This document shows positions 39,485 to 49,863 of a DNA stretch of 64,000 nucleotides, one piece after another (the first letter of the stretch is position 1; each line of letters opens with the position of its first letter). The DNA is taken from the NCBI GenBank assembly GCA_963717145.1, contig OY970325.1, positions 224,001 through 288,000 on the forward strand, written 5' to 3'. Both the position numbers and the translations under genes were made by a program. This DNA comes from an uncultured Armatimonadetes bacterium (GTDB taxonomy: Bacteria > Armatimonadota > UBA5829 > DTJY01). The notes under the pieces were generated by a model. It was not told the DNA's origin, did not search any database, and worked only from the letters and a program-made list of their open reading frames with translations.

Positions 39485-40360
39485 ATGACGAGCATGAGAC
39501 CACTTTTCCCCACAATCTGCGCTGTCGTCCTGCTGGCAATCCTGGGCTGCCTGCCTCTGTCCGCCGAATCGACCGATCCGGACGTCCAGGCTGCGCGTGC
39601 CGCCGAGCGCTCGGAATCAGTCAGGCTCGAGCAGAAACTCGACACGTCCACGCAGTCGCTCAACCTGAGCGTGACTGAGTCCCCGAAGCCCGTGGGCACT
39701 AAGGCGGCGACCAAGGACACAGACACTGACAAGGCGGCGGTCGTCCCCAAGGTTACCCATCGCAGTTCCCCGAAGCGCCCGATGCCGTCCGTCTCGACCG
39801 TCTTGCCCGACAAGTCGGAGAAGCCGGACACCGCCACGATGCCGGTGCGCGGCGATCGTCCCGACAAGGTCGCTCTGATGATGGGCGCCGACCAGCCGAA
39901 GCAGGCAGATCAGAAGCAGCCCGGCACATTCGGCACGATCCTGTTGACAATCCTCAAGCTCGCGTTGGTCCTGGTCCTGGCCTATCTGACCATCATGGGC
40001 TTGAAGTGGTTCTCGGCGAGGCATGACATCACTCCGTCCAACCACCGCCAGTTCAAGATGATGGACACGCTCCGGTTCAACAACACGAGCAGTCTGCACC
40101 TGGTGGAGGTGAAGGGCACGACCCTCCTTCTCGGATGCACGTCCGGACAGGTCAACGTCCTCAAGGAGTTCGACGAGGCCGCACTTGCGGATAGCGAGTC
40201 GGAGCCTGCGGGGAAGTTCGCGGAATACCTGGCGAAGTACTCGGATATGTCCCAGAAGCATGGGCCTTCCGGACGAATAGCAGGCCTTCTGCGCGATTGC
40301 AGCGGGTATCTGCGCGACCGGTGTCAGGGTGCACGGACAGGAGTGCATGATGAGAAATAG
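39485..40360 (+). CDS. fliO: FliO-like protein with long N-terminal extension
   Basis: TM helix plus [15 protein letters not shown]; between fliN and fliP. Confidence 0.7.
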   Translation: MTSMRPLFPTICAVVLLAILGCLPLSAESTDPDVQAARAAERSESVRLEQKLDTSTQSLNLSVTESPKPVGTKAATKDTDTDKAAVVPKVTHRSSPKRPMPSVSTVLPDKSEKPDTATMPVRGDRPDKVALMMGADQPKQADQKQPGTFGTILLTILKLALVLVLAYLTIMGLKWFSARHDITPSNHRQFKMMDTLRFNNTSSLHLVEVKGTTLLLGCTSGQVNVLKEFDEAALADSESEPAGKFAEYLAKYSDMSQKHGPSGRIAGLLRDCSGYLRDRCQGARTGVHDEK

Positions 40361-41093
40361 AACGCTCGCAGTCATATCGCTCCTTGCCGGTCTGGGTGCC
40401 TCGGCCTCAGCCCAGGGGATCATGCCTAAGCTCAACATCGGCGTCGAGGCTGCCAAGGGCCCGCAGGATGTATCGGTTAGTCTACAGATTCTGCTGATTC
40501 TTACACTGCTGTCACTGGCGCCGGCGCTGTTGATCACGCTGACCTCATTCACGCGAATCGTCATCGTGCTCTCGTTCACTCGGGGCGCACTCGGCACTCA
40601 GCAGACGCCGCCGAACTCCGTGCTTATCGGACTGGCGCTCTTCCTCACGTTTTTCACGATGGCGCCGATCTGCAGTCAGATCAACCAAACCGCACTGCAG
40701 CCCTATGTGCACAAGGAGATCGCATTCGACCAGGCGCTCGACAGGGCGTCGCAGCCGGTCCGCGAGTTCATGTTCTCACAGGTTCGAGAGAAAGATCTTG
40801 CACTGTTCGTCGGGCTCTCGAAGATGGACCGCCCGACGTCCGAGGCCGACGTGCCGACATACGTGTTGATCCCATCGTTCCTGATCAGCGAACTGCGGAC
40901 GGCGTTCAGCATCGGCTTCCTGATCTTTATACCATTCCTGATAATTGACATGGTGATCGCGGTGACCCTGATGTCGATGGGCATGATGATGCTCCCGCCG
41001 GTCGTGATCTCGCTGCCGTTCAAGATTCTGCTGTTCGTGCTGGTTGACGGGTGGCATCTGATCGTGCAGTCTCTGGCCCTCAGTTTCCGGTAG
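40347..41093 (+). CDS. fliP: Export protein FliP
   Basis: [32 protein letters not shown]. Confidence 0.96.
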   Translation: MMRNRTLAVISLLAGLGASASAQGIMPKLNIGVEAAKGPQDVSVSLQILLILTLLSLAPALLITLTSFTRIVIVLSFTRGALGTQQTPPNSVLIGLALFLTFFTMAPICSQINQTALQPYVHKEIAFDQALDRASQPVREFMFSQVREKDLALFVGLSKMDRPTSEADVPTYVLIPSFLISELRTAFSIGFLIFIPFLIIDMVIAVTLMSMGMMMLPPVVISLPFKILLFVLVDGWHLIVQSLALSFR

Positions 41094-41280
41094 TAGGGGC
41101 GAGAGCATTTGCCCTTCGAATAGATCGTGCTTTGGGATCGAGGCGCAAATGCTTCGCCCGGAACTTGCCCATGTGTGCGGTGTAGGGGCGAGAGCATTTG
41201 CCCTTCGAATAGATCGTGCTTTCGGACCGAGGCGCAAATGCTTCGCCCGGAACGAGCATGAGTATGAGTAGGAGTAGGAG
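41093..41280. repeat. Two direct REP-D copies (41093-41164, 41182-41253) plus hexamer tail
   Basis: GTAGGGGCGAGAGCATTTGC...GCAAATGCTTCGCCCGGAAC twice, then GAGCATGAGTATGAGTAGGAGTAGGAG. Confidence 0.88.
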
Positions 41281-41286
41281 GCAGAC

Positions 41287-41556
41287 ATGACCGATGTAAC
41301 CGTTATCGAGATAGCACAGAAGTCGATGGTCCTGGCGATCACGATATGCGCGCCGGTACTCGGATTCGGCCTCGCGGTCGGCCTGGCTGTCAGCATCTTC
41401 CAGGCGGCGACGCAGATCCACGAGATGACGCTCACGTTCATCCCGAAGATCCTGGCCGTTGCGGTTGCAATTGCCATCTTCGGCCAGTGGATGCTCACGC
41501 AGACCGTCTCGTTCACCACCGAGTTACTTCAGAACATCCCGACTCTGGTGAAGTAA
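41287..41556 (+). CDS. fliQ: Export protein FliQ
   Basis: SIFQAATQIHEMTLTFIPK. Confidence 0.96.
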   Translation: MTDVTVIEIAQKSMVLAITICAPVLGFGLAVGLAVSIFQAATQIHEMTLTFIPKILAVAVAIAIFGQWMLTQTVSFTTELLQNIPTLVK

Positions 41557-42339
41557 ATGGATTTGGCTTGGCTTGGGGCACAGAAACTCGAGGTCTTCAT
41601 CCTCGTGTTGGCACGGACCGCCGGTATCTTCACGGTCACGCCGATCTTCGGCGCGAATCAGGTGCCGCCACAGGTGCGAATCGCCGCCGCGGTCGGGATG
41701 GCGATCATCTTTGTACCATTGTGTCCGTCCGAAGTTGTACTCGCGGTGGATGTACTGCCGATGGCCCTGCTCGTGGCGAAGGAGGCGTTCGTCGGGCTGG
41801 TGATCGGCTTTGTGGTGACGCTGGTGTTCACGGTCTTCCAGATCGCGGGCGACTTTATCGACGTGCAAGCAGGCTTCAGTTTCGCTACTATGGTCGACCC
41901 GGTGAACGGCGCGCACACATCGATCGCGGCAAGGTTCCATCAGATACTGATCGGCCTGCTCTTCTTCGCGACGAATGCACATCACGTGGTGATCACCGGG
42001 CTGGCCGACAGCTTCAAGCTCGTGCCGGTCGGATCGATGTCCATGAACCCGCTTGTGGCAAGCGGTATGCTGGATATCTTCGCAACCCTGTTCGGAGTTG
42101 CACTGAGGATCGCGTCGCCGGTCGTGGCAGCGGTATTCCTCGCGGATGTGGCGCTGGCGATCATGTGCCGAGCCGTTCCGCAGATGAATGTCATCATCGC
42201 CGGCATGCCGTTGAAACTGGGCGTCGGCATGGTGGGGATGCTCGTGGCGATCCCCGTGCTGGTGACCTCCAGCCAGGGGATGTTTTCGGATATGTACGCG
42301 CAGATGGGCGGCATGCTCCATCTGCTGGTTGCACCGTAG
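41557..42339 (+). CDS. fliR: Export protein FliR
   Basis: AGDFIDVQAGF, RAVPQMNV; multi-TM. Confidence 0.93.
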   Translation: MDLAWLGAQKLEVFILVLARTAGIFTVTPIFGANQVPPQVRIAAAVGMAIIFVPLCPSEVVLAVDVLPMALLVAKEAFVGLVIGFVVTLVFTVFQIAGDFIDVQAGFSFATMVDPVNGAHTSIAARFHQILIGLLFFATNAHHVVITGLADSFKLVPVGSMSMNPLVASGMLDIFATLFGVALRIASPVVAAVFLADVALAIMCRAVPQMNVIIAGMPLKLGVGMVGMLVAIPVLVTSSQGMFSDMYAQMGGMLHLLVAP

Positions 42340-42497
42340 GGGAGGCCTTCAACGGCCTCCCGATCACCGTAGGGGCGATCCTTCCACGGTCGCCCGCTGG
42401 AGGCCGTTGAAGGCCTCCCCTACGGTGTCACTCGTTTGGCGTAGGGGCGATCCTTCCACGGTCGCCCGCTGGAGGCCGTTGAAGGCCTCCCCTACGG
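42334..42497. repeat. Composite REP cluster A, B, inverted A, B, inverted A (BIME-like)
   Basis: Five GTAG units; the first supplies the fliR TAG stop. Confidence 0.9.
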
Positions 42498-42524
42498 TCT
42501 GAGCGCAGGTTTGGTAGCAAGCTC

Positions 42525-43601
42525 ATGGCAATGCAGGACAAGACAGAAACAGCGACCCCACGAAGGCGCGAAGATGCGCGCAACGAGGGAAAGGTCTGCA
42601 AGAGCGCGGATATCAACTCCGCCGTGACGCTGTTGATGTCGCTCTTCGTGCTGAAGATCGCCGGCCCATTTCTCTATGAGGGGCTGGCCTCGATCTCGAC
42701 AAAGACGTTTTCGACGCTCCACCAGCAGGAGATCGGCCCGGATCAGGCTCAGGGCATGATGATGTCCTACATGATGGACGGATTGCGGCTCTGTCTTCCG
42801 ATCATGTTGGGCGTCGGAGCGGTCGCGCTCGCATCGAACGTCCTGCAGGTCGGGTTCAAGGTGACCCCCAAGGCAATCGCTTGGGATTCGAGCCGGATCA
42901 ATCCGGTGAAGGGGATCGCGAACCTGGTGTCCGTGCGGTCGTCCGTCGAACTGCTCAAGTCGATCGCGAAGGTCACGATCGTCGGCGTTGTCGTCTATCT
43001 GTTCCTCCGGCAGCAGATGCCCGGACTCATCGACCTGGCGGACATGTCCGTTCCGGCCGCGGCGTCGGCGATCGGCGGGCTCTGCTGGCAACTGCTCATC
43101 CGTTCGTGCGTCGTGCTGGGAGTCATCGCGGTTCTCGACTACATATTCCAGCGGTTTCAGTACGAGCAGTCGCTGAAGATGACGAAGCAGGAAGTGAAAG
43201 AGGAATACAGGCGCACTGAAGGCGACCCGGCGATCAAGGGAAAAGTGCGTCAGAGGCAGCGCGAACTCGCCAGAAGCCGCATGGTAGAGGCGGTTTCCAG
43301 GGCCGATCTGGTGCTGACGAACCCGACTCACTATGCTGTCGCCCTGAAGTACGACCAGGCGGAGATGGCGGCCCCGACGGTTCTCGCCAAGGGTCAGCGG
43401 CTGATGGCACAAAAGATCAAGGATATCGCGGCGGCAAACGGCATTCCGATCGTCGAGAACCCGCCCGTGACCCGGATGATCTATAAGATGGTCGAGGTCG
43501 GCGGGCAGATTCCCGAGGAGCTTTACCAGACGGTGGCCGAGATCCTGGCATATGTCTACAAGCTGAGCGAACGAGCCGGCCGAGCGTGGAAAGCGGCGTA
43601 G
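42525..43601 (+). CDS. flhB: Export protein FlhB
   Basis: KTETATPRR, EGDP, TNPTH cleavage motif. Confidence 0.96.
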   Translation: MAMQDKTETATPRRREDARNEGKVCKSADINSAVTLLMSLFVLKIAGPFLYEGLASISTKTFSTLHQQEIGPDQAQGMMMSYMMDGLRLCLPIMLGVGAVALASNVLQVGFKVTPKAIAWDSSRINPVKGIANLVSVRSSVELLKSIAKVTIVGVVVYLFLRQQMPGLIDLADMSVPAAASAIGGLCWQLLIRSCVVLGVIAVLDYIFQRFQYEQSLKMTKQEVKEEYRRTEGDPAIKGKVRQRQRELARSRMVEAVSRADLVLTNPTHYAVALKYDQAEMAAPTVLAKGQRLMAQKIKDIAAANGIPIVENPPVTRMIYKMVEVGGQIPEELYQTVAEILAYVYKLSERAGRAWKAA

Positions 43602-43626
43602 GCCCGGAATTCGAAGAGGTGAAACA

Positions 43627-45729
43627 GTGGCAGTGACAATCGCAAACGGAAAGCCATCGATCAGGCTGGAAGGCATCCTGAAGCACAGTGACATACTGGT
43701 CGCCGTCGCGGCGCTGGTGATCATCGGCATGATGGTCATCCCGTTGCCGTGCTGGCTTCTCGACATCCTGCTCACGGCCAACATCATGGTGGCGCTCGTC
43801 ATGCTTTTGGTCACCGTATATACGGTCCAGCCGCTGGAATTCTCTTCGTTCCCGTCGATGCTTCTGGTCGCGACTCTCTTCCGGCTCGCACTCAACATCG
43901 CCGCGACACGGCAGATTCTGCTCGACGCTCATGCAGGAGCGGTCATCACCGCGTTCGGATCGGTTGTCGTAGGCGGCAACTACGTCGTCGGCCTTGTAGT
44001 ATTCATCCTCCTGGTCATAATCCAGTTTGTCGTCGTTACCAACGGTACGGGCCGAGTCGCCGAGGTCGCCGCGAGGTTCACCCTCGACGCCATGCCGGGG
44101 AAGCAGATGGCCATCGACGCCGACCTGAACGCCGGCATCATCACTGAGGAGGAGGCAAAAGATCGGCGGAAGGCGGTCTCCCGTGAGGCCGACTTCTACG
44201 GAGCGATGGACGGCGCGAGCAAGTTCGTCAGGGGCGACGCGATCGCCGCCGTCATCATGATCGTCGTCAACATCATCGGTGGATTCCTCGTGGGCGTCGC
44301 TCAGCGGCACATGGAGTTCAACAGCGCCCTGCAGACGTACACCCTGCTGACCGTCGGTGAAGGCCTGGTCACTCAGGTGCCCGCGCTCCTGATCTCCGTG
44401 GCAGCCGGTCTGATGGTCACTAAGGCCGCATCGGACAACAGCCTCGGCCGAAATATGGCTTTCCAGATCTTCACTCAACCGAAGGCAATTGGCATCACCG
44501 CGGGTATCTGCGGTCTGCTCGCCCTCGTGCCCGGCATCCCCAAGATCCCGTTCATCCTTGCCGCCCTCGGTGGCGGGTTGCTCGCGAACATGCTCAAGCA
44601 GCAGCCGGCCGATCAAGTGGAGGAGCAGACGGTCGAAGCGCCGAGGCCGCCCGAGACGATGACCGACCTGCTGCTGGTCGATCCGATCGAGGTCGAACTC
44701 GGCTACGGGCTGATCCCGCTCGCCGACCCCAAGCAGGGGGGCGACCTGCTCGAGCGAATCACGGCCGTCAGACGCCAGACCGCCACGGAACTCGGGCTGC
44801 TCGTTCCGGCGATCCGCGTCCGGGACAACATGCAGCTCAAGCCGAACTCCTACAGCGTGAAACTGCGCGGGATCGAGATCGCCGGCGGTGAGGTCTATCC
44901 TGGCCAGATACTCGCGATGGACCCCGGTACTGCGACATCGGAACTCAAGGGGATACAGACGACCGAGCCTGCATTCGGCCTCCCCGCGACATGGATATCG
45001 GAGGCGCAGAAGCCCGAGGCCGAGATGAACGGCTTTACAGTCGTGGACCCGCTCACAGTCTTGATCACACATTTGGCGGAGATGATCCGCAAGCACGCGG
45101 ACGAGATTCTCACTCGACAGGACACTCAGACGCTGATCGACAGCCTCAAGGCGCAGTCGCCTGCGGTTGTCGAGGAGTTGATCCCGAACCTGCTCTCGGT
45201 CGGCGAGGTCCAGAAGGTCCTGCAGAACCTGCTGTCCGAGCGCGTATCGATCCGCGACCTGGCGGTCATCTTCGAGGGGCTTTCAGACGCGGCCCGGCTG
45301 ACCCGCGACACGGACTTGCTCACGGATTACGCCCGCCAGTACCTGAGCAGGCAGATCACGAAGCAGTACCTCTGCCCGGACAGCATCGTGCGGGTCTTCA
45401 CCCTCGATCCGATGGTCGAGCAGGCCATCGCAGACGGGATCAGGCACACGGAATCGGGCGCGCAACTCGTGCTCGAGCCGGGGGTGGCACAGGAATTGCT
45501 GGAGGAGACTCGGGAGCAGGCCGAAATGATGGCCTCAATGGGCTACATGCCGGTCGCCATCTGCTCGCCAAGAGTACGCATACACTACCGCCGTCTGGCT
45601 GAGCGCATGGCGCCCGCGCTGGCGGTGCTCTCGTTCAACGAACTAGCATCGGGCGTGAAGCTCGAGACTTTGGGAATGGTGACACTGGCACATGAGGATA
45701 GTGCGAATCAAAGCCTGCAATATGCATGA
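43627..45729 (+). CDS. flhA: Export protein FlhA
   Basis: RVAEVAARFTLDAMPGKQMAIDADLNAG. Confidence 0.97.
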   Translation: MAVTIANGKPSIRLEGILKHSDILVAVAALVIIGMMVIPLPCWLLDILLTANIMVALVMLLVTVYTVQPLEFSSFPSMLLVATLFRLALNIAATRQILLDAHAGAVITAFGSVVVGGNYVVGLVVFILLVIIQFVVVTNGTGRVAEVAARFTLDAMPGKQMAIDADLNAGIITEEEAKDRRKAVSREADFYGAMDGASKFVRGDAIAAVIMIVVNIIGGFLVGVAQRHMEFNSALQTYTLLTVGEGLVTQVPALLISVAAGLMVTKAASDNSLGRNMAFQIFTQPKAIGITAGICGLLALVPGIPKIPFILAALGGGLLANMLKQQPADQVEEQTVEAPRPPETMTDLLLVDPIEVELGYGLIPLADPKQGGDLLERITAVRRQTATELGLLVPAIRVRDNMQLKPNSYSVKLRGIEIAGGEVYPGQILAMDPGTATSELKGIQTTEPAFGLPATWISEAQKPEAEMNGFTVVDPLTVLITHLAEMIRKHADEILTRQDTQTLIDSLKAQSPAVVEELIPNLLSVGEVQKVLQNLLSERVSIRDLAVIFEGLSDAARLTRDTDLLTDYARQYLSRQITKQYLCPDSIVRVFTLDPMVEQAIADGIRHTESGAQLVLEPGVAQELLEETREQAEMMASMGYMPVAICSPRVRIHYRRLAERMAPALAVLSFNELASGVKLETLGMVTLAHEDSANQSLQYA

Positions 45730-46798
45730 GGCCCTGGCGGAAGCCAGGCGTCAACTCGGTGAGAGTGCGACCGTCCTGCACACCAGGCAGTTGGAGACAT
45801 CCGGCTGCCTCGGTCTCGTTCGCCGGCGCAAGGTCGAACTCCTTGCCGCTGTCGATTCACCCCCGGATCGCGCAGCCGTAGGGGAGGCCTTCAACGGCCT
45901 CCCGTCCGCCGGGAGGCCGTTGAAGGCCTCCCCTACGGCTGCGCGATCCGGGGGTGGTGATTCCGATATGGAGCAGATGGTCAGGGAGGTCTCAGAGCTT
46001 CGGCGTGTCGTGGCAAACATGGATTCACGGTTTTCGAGCGCCAACCAGCCAGTGGAGACGTCGCCGATCGTCGAGCGGCTTACACGAAGCGGAGTCCCCC
46101 ATGCCGTCGCTGAAGTGATCGACTCCGAGGGCAAGGGCGATCCGGCGAAGATCACCGAACTGATTGGACGGCGCATCAAATGCTCCGGGCCACTGAGGGT
46201 GGAGAAGACCCAGTCGCGAGTCGCACTGATCGGCCCGACCGGGGTGGGGAAAACCACCACAGTCGCCAAGCTCGCAGCGGAGTATACGCTGGTCCGGAAG
46301 AAGAAGGTCGCACTGCTCACGCTCGACACATATCGCATCGGGGCGGTCGAACAACTCGCCACATACGCGCGGCTTCTCGGCATCCCGCTTGAGGTCGCTC
46401 TCAGCCCCGAGGATGTCGCGAATCTGATCGCATCCCACGCGGACAAGGATCTGATACTCATCGATACTATCGGTCGGAGCCAACGCAGCCGCGAGCAGGT
46501 CGCCGAACTGGCCCGATTCCTGCGCGCTGCGGACCCGACGGAAGTGCATCTCGCGGTCTCAGCATCGGCCAACCCCGTCGCTCAGACCGAAGCCGTAAGC
46601 AGTTTTGGAATCATGTCCCCGAGCAGAATCGTGCTCACCAAGCTGGACGAGTGTCCGCAACCGGGATGCATCCTGGGGCTCTCGTCATCGAGCCTTCTGC
46701 CGATCTCATACGTGACCTACGGCCAGGACGTGCCGGACGACATTGCGGTGGCCCAGTCCGAGTCGCTCGCGAAGCTCGTCTGGGAGGGCGCGCCATGA
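45692..46798 (+). CDS. flhF: SRP-family GTPase FlhF with an in-frame REP doublet
   Basis: GPTGVGKTTT, DTYRIGA, DTIGR, TKLDE. Confidence 0.93.
   Translation: MRIVRIKACNMHEALAEARRQLGESATVLHTRQLETSGCLGLVRRRKVELLAAVDSPPDRAAVGEAFNGLPSAGRPLKASPTAARSGGGDSDMEQMVREVSELRRVVANMDSRFSSANQPVETSPIVERLTRSGVPHAVAEVIDSEGKGDPAKITELIGRRIKCSGPLRVEKTQSRVALIGPTGVGKTTTVAKLAAEYTLVRKKKVALLTLDTYRIGAVEQLATYARLLGIPLEVALSPEDVANLIASHADKDLILIDTIGRSQRSREQVAELARFLRAADPTEVHLAVSASANPVAQTEAVSSFGIMSPSRIVLTKLDECPQPGCILGLSSSSLLPISYVTYGQDVPDDIAVAQSESLAKLVWEGAP
45858..45956. repeat. In-frame REP-A doublet inside flhF (99 bp)
   Basis: Perfect arms of about 47 bp; encodes AVGEAFNGLPSAGRPLKASPTA. Confidence 0.93.
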
Positions 46799-47640
46799 CG
46801 GACCAGGCGTCGAGACTTCGAGCGCTCGTCATGGACCACGAACCCGCGGCAAGTGCTCTACGTGAGCCGGATGGGAACACCTCGATCACCGCCGTCACGA
46901 GCGGCAAGGGTGGGGTAGGGAAGACGACGATCGCTGTGAACCTTGCGGTCCTGTTCGCCGAACTCGGGGAGCGGGTCCTTCTTGTGGATGCGGACCTCGG
47001 GCTCGCGAACGTCGATGTCATGCTCGGAATGGAGTTCGGCCGGCACATGGGCCATCTCCTGATGAACGATTTCATGCCGGAGGATGTGTCGGTCGTCGGT
47101 CCGCGAGGGATATGTGTGATCTCCGGGGGATCGGGTCTCCGCGAGTTGGCTGATGCATCGGCCGCCGACCGCCTGGCGCTTCTCGATAAGCTGGCGGGAT
47201 ACTATCGGACCTTCGATCGGGTGGTCATCGACACCAGCCCCGGGATTGGGGCGGAGGTGACCGATTTTCTGGCTGGCGTTGACGAGATACTCCTGGTGAC
47301 GACGGTGGACCCCACGTCTCTGCGCGATACCTACGCGGCGCTGAAGAATATGACGCCTCTACGCCATAATGATAGTAGCATAAGATTGGTTGTCAACATG
47401 GTGACTTCAGAGGCACAGGCGGCACAGGCCGTCACGGTGCTGAACGAGGTCACGAACAGGTTTCTCGACCGGCGGTTCGATCATTGGCATTCGGTCAAGT
47501 CGGATGGGTTGGTTGGCAGGTCGATTCGCGCAAGGAAGCCGCTCGTCTGCGAGTATCGTCGCTCGGCGTCCGCGTTATGTTTGAGGGAGATGGCAGTTAG
47601 TCTCCAGTTACAGCGCAAAGGTTCTGTCGGAGGTCGCTAA
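46795..47640 (+). CDS. flhG: MinD-like ATPase FlhG
   Basis: MTDQASRLR, SGKGGVGKT, DADLGLANVD. Confidence 0.92.
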   Translation: MTDQASRLRALVMDHEPAASALREPDGNTSITAVTSGKGGVGKTTIAVNLAVLFAELGERVLLVDADLGLANVDVMLGMEFGRHMGHLLMNDFMPEDVSVVGPRGICVISGGSGLRELADASAADRLALLDKLAGYYRTFDRVVIDTSPGIGAEVTDFLAGVDEILLVTTVDPTSLRDTYAALKNMTPLRHNDSSIRLVVNMVTSEAQAAQAVTVLNEVTNRFLDRRFDHWHSVKSDGLVGRSIRARKPLVCEYRRSASALCLREMAVSLQLQRKGSVGGR

Positions 47641-48662
47641 TGCGATGGTTTGGGAAGGCCAAGGAGCAAACTGATATCTTTCGGCTGGTGCGGGTCAACG
47701 ATCGCATCCAGGTCGAACTCGATGGCAAGACTCATCTTAGCCGCATCGAAGACATTCAGGGAGACGAACTGCACGTCGCGGCCCCCGTCGAACGCGGCGG
47801 GTCGCCGACGGTCAGGTCCGGCCAGGACATCACCGTCAACCTGTTCGAGGGCATGGGCATCAAGCAGTTCTACGGCACGGTGATCCGCGTCGAAACCAGC
47901 CGAGTAGCGATTGTGGTCGTCGGCGATCTCAAGTTCGTCGGCACCATTCAGCGGCGTGAACATGTGCGCATCTCTCAGAAGGTGCCGGTGCGCTTCAGAC
48001 TCGAAGAAGGTCCGGACGGTCGAGCGCCGTGGTTCGAGGGCGCCACACAGGATATCAGTGGCGGCGGAATGCAGATCGTGGCCGATTCACGCGGGATCGA
48101 CGCCATCGTGAAGGGCGACCTTCTCGAGATCGAGTTGTACCTCCCGGATCAGAGTCCGGTCAAAGCGGTTGGGCAGATTGTGCGAGCATCCTCCTCGAAC
48201 CCGCTTACTGCCACGACCGTGCGGTTCGGGGTGCAGTTCGTGGACATCGGCGCCGGGGAGCGCAGCCGGATCGTGCGGTATGTGCTCCGGAGGCAGGCGG
48301 ATACATTGTCGTCCCGCCGCGAGTTCACTGCGTGCCGGGAGCGGGTGGCCATCCAGTACAGAGGTATCAGCGAGGGTGCGAGCTCCGGGCTTCATTCGAC
48401 GTTTACGAGGGAGATGAGCGCTACCGGGTTGAAGATGGCGCTCGAGAAGGGCGATCTAGCGGCGGTCGGCGAGAAGCTGAGTCTGTATGTGTCGCTGCCC
48501 GACATGCAGACCGTCGAGGCAGAGGCCGAGATTGTGTGGATGGAGGAGGGAATGGCCGGGGCCGGCGAAGTGATCGGCCTCAGGTTCACCACCATCGACC
48601 GACAGTCTCAGCAGATGATCTCACAGTTCCTGACGAAACAGACGCAAGCGAAAGCAGCCTGA
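47640..48662 (+). CDS. YcgR-like flagellar brake protein with tandem PilZ domains
   Basis: QRREHVR and DISGGG; second degenerate PilZ (RREF..EMSATG). Confidence 0.85.
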   Translation: MRWFGKAKEQTDIFRLVRVNDRIQVELDGKTHLSRIEDIQGDELHVAAPVERGGSPTVRSGQDITVNLFEGMGIKQFYGTVIRVETSRVAIVVVGDLKFVGTIQRREHVRISQKVPVRFRLEEGPDGRAPWFEGATQDISGGGMQIVADSRGIDAIVKGDLLEIELYLPDQSPVKAVGQIVRASSSNPLTATTVRFGVQFVDIGAGERSRIVRYVLRRQADTLSSRREFTACRERVAIQYRGISEGASSGLHSTFTREMSATGLKMALEKGDLAAVGEKLSLYVSLPDMQTVEAEAEIVWMEEGMAGAGEVIGLRFTTIDRQSQQMISQFLTKQTQAKAA

Positions 48663-48663
48663 A

Positions 48664-48747
48664 CCGTAGGGGAGGCCTTCAACGGCCTCCCGACTGGGGG
48701 GAATCGTATCGACTAGAGCGGGAGGCCGTTGAAGGCCTCCCCTACGG
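48664..48747. repeat. REP-A doublet (REPIN)
   Basis: Inverted pair with a 28-nt spacer. Confidence 0.92.
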
Positions 48748-48759
48748 GTGTGGAACCGT

Positions 48760-48969
48760 ATGGAAGGTTTGTACCGTTTTCTTAGTCTCATAGTTTCGCT
48801 GGCGGGGTTCACCGTCGTAGCCGGGACGCTCCTCATGCGTGGCGAGAGTCTCTTCACGGTTGCGACCAGGGGAGTCCTCGCATTCGTGGCGCTGTGGGTC
48901 GTGCAGGGCGCGATCGGCGGCATATTCAAGCTGGCCGCCAGTTCCGAACGACGCCGTGATGGCGCGTAG
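48760..48969 (+). CDS. Small two-TM hypothetical protein
   Basis: Hydrophobic ORF filling the gap before fliA. Confidence 0.6.
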   Translation: MEGLYRFLSLIVSLAGFTVVAGTLLMRGESLFTVATRGVLAFVALWVVQGAIGGIFKLAASSERRRDGA

Positions 48970-48980
48970 ATTGATCAGAC

Positions 48981-49751
48981 ATGCCGAATGTAGAGCATCT
49001 GTGGAAACGATATAAGGCGCGCAGGGATCCCAAGGCCAGGGAGGAGATCATTCTGGCCTACGTGTACCTGGCCAAGTATGTGGTGGACCGCATGCCCGTT
49101 CGACCGTCGGCTGCTATCTCCTACGATGACCTGGTCAGCCATGCCGTGGTGGGTCTGATCGACGCCGTGGAGAAGTATGATCCCTCGCGCGATGTCAAGT
49201 TCGAGACCTATGCCGTCACACGCATCCGTGGCTCTGTGCTCGATGCCAAGAAGGGCCTCGACTGGATGCCGAGGTCTCTCAGAGCGACTGAGCAGGAACT
49301 GAAGCGGACCTTCGTGGGTCTGGAGGCCAGGCACGGACGTCCTGCGACCGACCAAGAAGTTTCCGAAGCGCTCGGTATAGGGGTTGATGAGCTGCACGAG
49401 CGGCTATCCGACGTCGGGCAGTCGGCGCTCCTCTCGCTCGAGGACCTGATGATCTACGGCGAGGAGAATACGGGTCTCGCCGGCCTGTGCAGCCTTCCCG
49501 ATCCTGAGAGCGATCCGTTATTGTCCGCCGAGATGGGCGAACGAACGAGGCTGCTGGCATCGGCGATCTCGCAGCTCCCTGAGAAGGAGAAGCTGGTGAT
49601 CAGCCTGTACTACAACGACGGCCTCACACTGAAAGAGATTGCGGCGGTGCTCGGCGTAACCGAGTCGAGGGCCTGTCAGTTGCACTCCAAGGCCGCGGTG
49701 AGGCTCCACGGGAAGCTCGCAAGGCACGAGGACCTTCTCCTCGCCGCCTGA
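48981..49751 (+). CDS. fliA: Flagellar sigma factor sigma28
   Basis: KFETYAVTRIRGSVLD..DWMPRS, LTLKEIAAVLGVTESR. Confidence 0.95.
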   Translation: MPNVEHLWKRYKARRDPKAREEIILAYVYLAKYVVDRMPVRPSAAISYDDLVSHAVVGLIDAVEKYDPSRDVKFETYAVTRIRGSVLDAKKGLDWMPRSLRATEQELKRTFVGLEARHGRPATDQEVSEALGIGVDELHERLSDVGQSALLSLEDLMIYGEENTGLAGLCSLPDPESDPLLSAEMGERTRLLASAISQLPEKEKLVISLYYNDGLTLKEIAAVLGVTESRACQLHSKAAVRLHGKLARHEDLLLAA

Positions 49752-49755
49752 GGGA

Positions 49756-49850
49756 ATGGTTGATGGTTGATGGTTAATGGTCGATGGGGAATGGTTGATG
49801 AGGGATGGAAGCAGCTCCGGTCTGCCATTAACCATAAGCCATCAACCATT
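49756..49850. repeat. TGATGGT heptamer palindromic element
   Basis: ATGGTTG repeats followed by ACCATAA/ACCATCA inverted arm. Confidence 0.8.
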
Positions 49851-49863
49851 CCGGAGAGAGTCG

